Positions 62,691 through 64,000 of a stretch of DNA of 64,000 nucleotides are shown here, piece by piece. How positions within the stretch are numbered: position 1 is the stretch's first letter; the number at the start of each line of letters is the position of its first letter. A program made the position numbers and the translations under genes. Source of the stretch: the human T2T-CHM13v2.0 reference genome, Homo sapiens. Under the pieces are notes generated by a model. It worked only from the letters and a program-made list of their open reading frames with translations, made no database searches and had not been told where the DNA came from. The stretch lies in NCBI RefSeq assembly GCF_009914755.1, contig NC_060947.1. One strand, given 5' to 3'.

Positions 62691-64000
62691 CAATTTTCAA
62701 TCATCTTCTCATATTTGTTTTGTGATACCAGCCTTGCAGTTCACAAGGATTGAGCAGAGTGAGATGGTCAAAATGTCAAATACAAAAAACAAAAACAAAA
62801 CAACAACAACAACAAAAACCATGACTTTGGCAGGGGCGCTGAGGTTAGCTTTGTGGAGTGGGTCTGGACCAGAAAGCTCAGAGGAGAACGTGATAGTAGC
62901 CCGCTGAGGTACCGTAGCATGGCTATGAAGGCAGAGGAAGGCAGAGCTACCAACCAGACTGTGTGGAGAAACAGCAGCAGGCGCTGGCAGCAGGTGGGAG
63001 GGAGGAGTGAGAGGGAAGCACGACTTTCCGGCAGCATCCATCTGTTGTCTTGTTGCTTGTCTGCCAGGAGAATTTAGTTGATGACTTCTGAAAGCAAACT
63101 GCCCTTCACCTTAGAACATACTGTTGACAAACAATAGCAGTACTTACAAGTGAAGAAGTGAAGAGCTGGCTTGTTCACTTAGTGGTTCTTGATGGAAATG
63201 GGGCAGAGAACTTTCAATTCAGAAACTCTCAAAACACAGACCAGCCATCAGCTGCACTGAAATACCCCCAAAAGCCGCAAGCCTCTTGTACTAATAATAA
63301 ATTCCACCTTTCTGTGGCTTCTCAACTTAAAGATTGTCAGAAGAGATAGGAGAGGGGAGAAACCCTCCCCTCTGCCTGGCAAGCCCCCAGTGAGGACAAC
63401 TCAGGTTTGCACATGGGTGCATCAGTACCTCTGCAAATGAGTTTGGGTGCTGAAATAAACTGTAACTGTTCTAAAATCAATAAACTTTCTTTTATCAACT
63501 CAACCCATTGCGCTCTCTTTTCAATAGCACTGTTTGTTTCTTTTTAATTCTTTCATCTGGTCTTCCTTTGACCAGCGTGCCTCCCTAGTGTTCCAAGAGA
63601 AGTGTGCTTTGCTGAGGGAATCTTGGTCTGGTCGTTTGGATAAAGAGGTTGATTTCCCTCATCCCTCGTATTGTGAAGGTCAAGTTGACCAGCCTTGGGC
63701 AAGTCCTTAAACTTTCTGGTCCTCTCTGCTGCCCTGTCTGCTTCTCTAAAGCATGCTGTTTCCTCAGTGAAAGACTCATTCAAGTACAAAGAGTCAAGAT
63801 GTGAAATCTTCCAAGCCTGCTGTGCCTGTTGCCTTCTGCACACCCTCAGCTCTGCCCTTAAGTTATTAGTTCAGAAGGGTTTGCAGACTTATAGACAGGC
63901 AGTTCTTTTCGTCTTCAAGTAAGTGACAAGCTATTCCGCCCCAAATCTGTTCACAGTGCTTGACACAGATTGGGCAACAGCGCATTCACTCTTGCTGGAT

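Noticed and set aside
63351-63373. Hairpin agaggggag-aaacc-ctcccctct
   Set aside because: A 9-bp stem with a free loop length is expected by chance in 64 kb; no RNA-gene context

Overview
This is primate, most likely human, non-coding DNA. An AluYa5 at 46403 points to human. The window is AT-rich and dominated by transposon-derived sequence: L1 of many ages (a full-length L1PA5/6-type copy on the minus strand and a near full-length L1MA on the plus strand), Alus, MaLR and ERVL LTRs (THE1, MST, MLT1, MLT2, LTR16-like), L2, MIR and hAT remnants. I find no supportable host protein-coding gene, RNA gene, CpG island or CRISPR array. The ORF-track entries are decayed L1, THE1 or Alu frames, simple repeats, or short ORFs with no recognisable homology. 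I do not see a novel biological system. The strongest signal is a pair of inverted L1 copies about 15 kb apart (9347-10819 and 25929-32112). They share many non-consensus changes, including an ORF2 frameshift, over about 1.2 kb and then diverge sharply in the last ~270 bp. This looks like ectopic gene conversion. Other points of interest are several fold-back (template-switch) scars, two three-monomer Alus, a DUX4 motif cluster and a nearly intact L1 ORF0. Subfamily names come from my recall of consensus sequences, not from a RepeatMasker run, and boundaries of old repeats are approximate.
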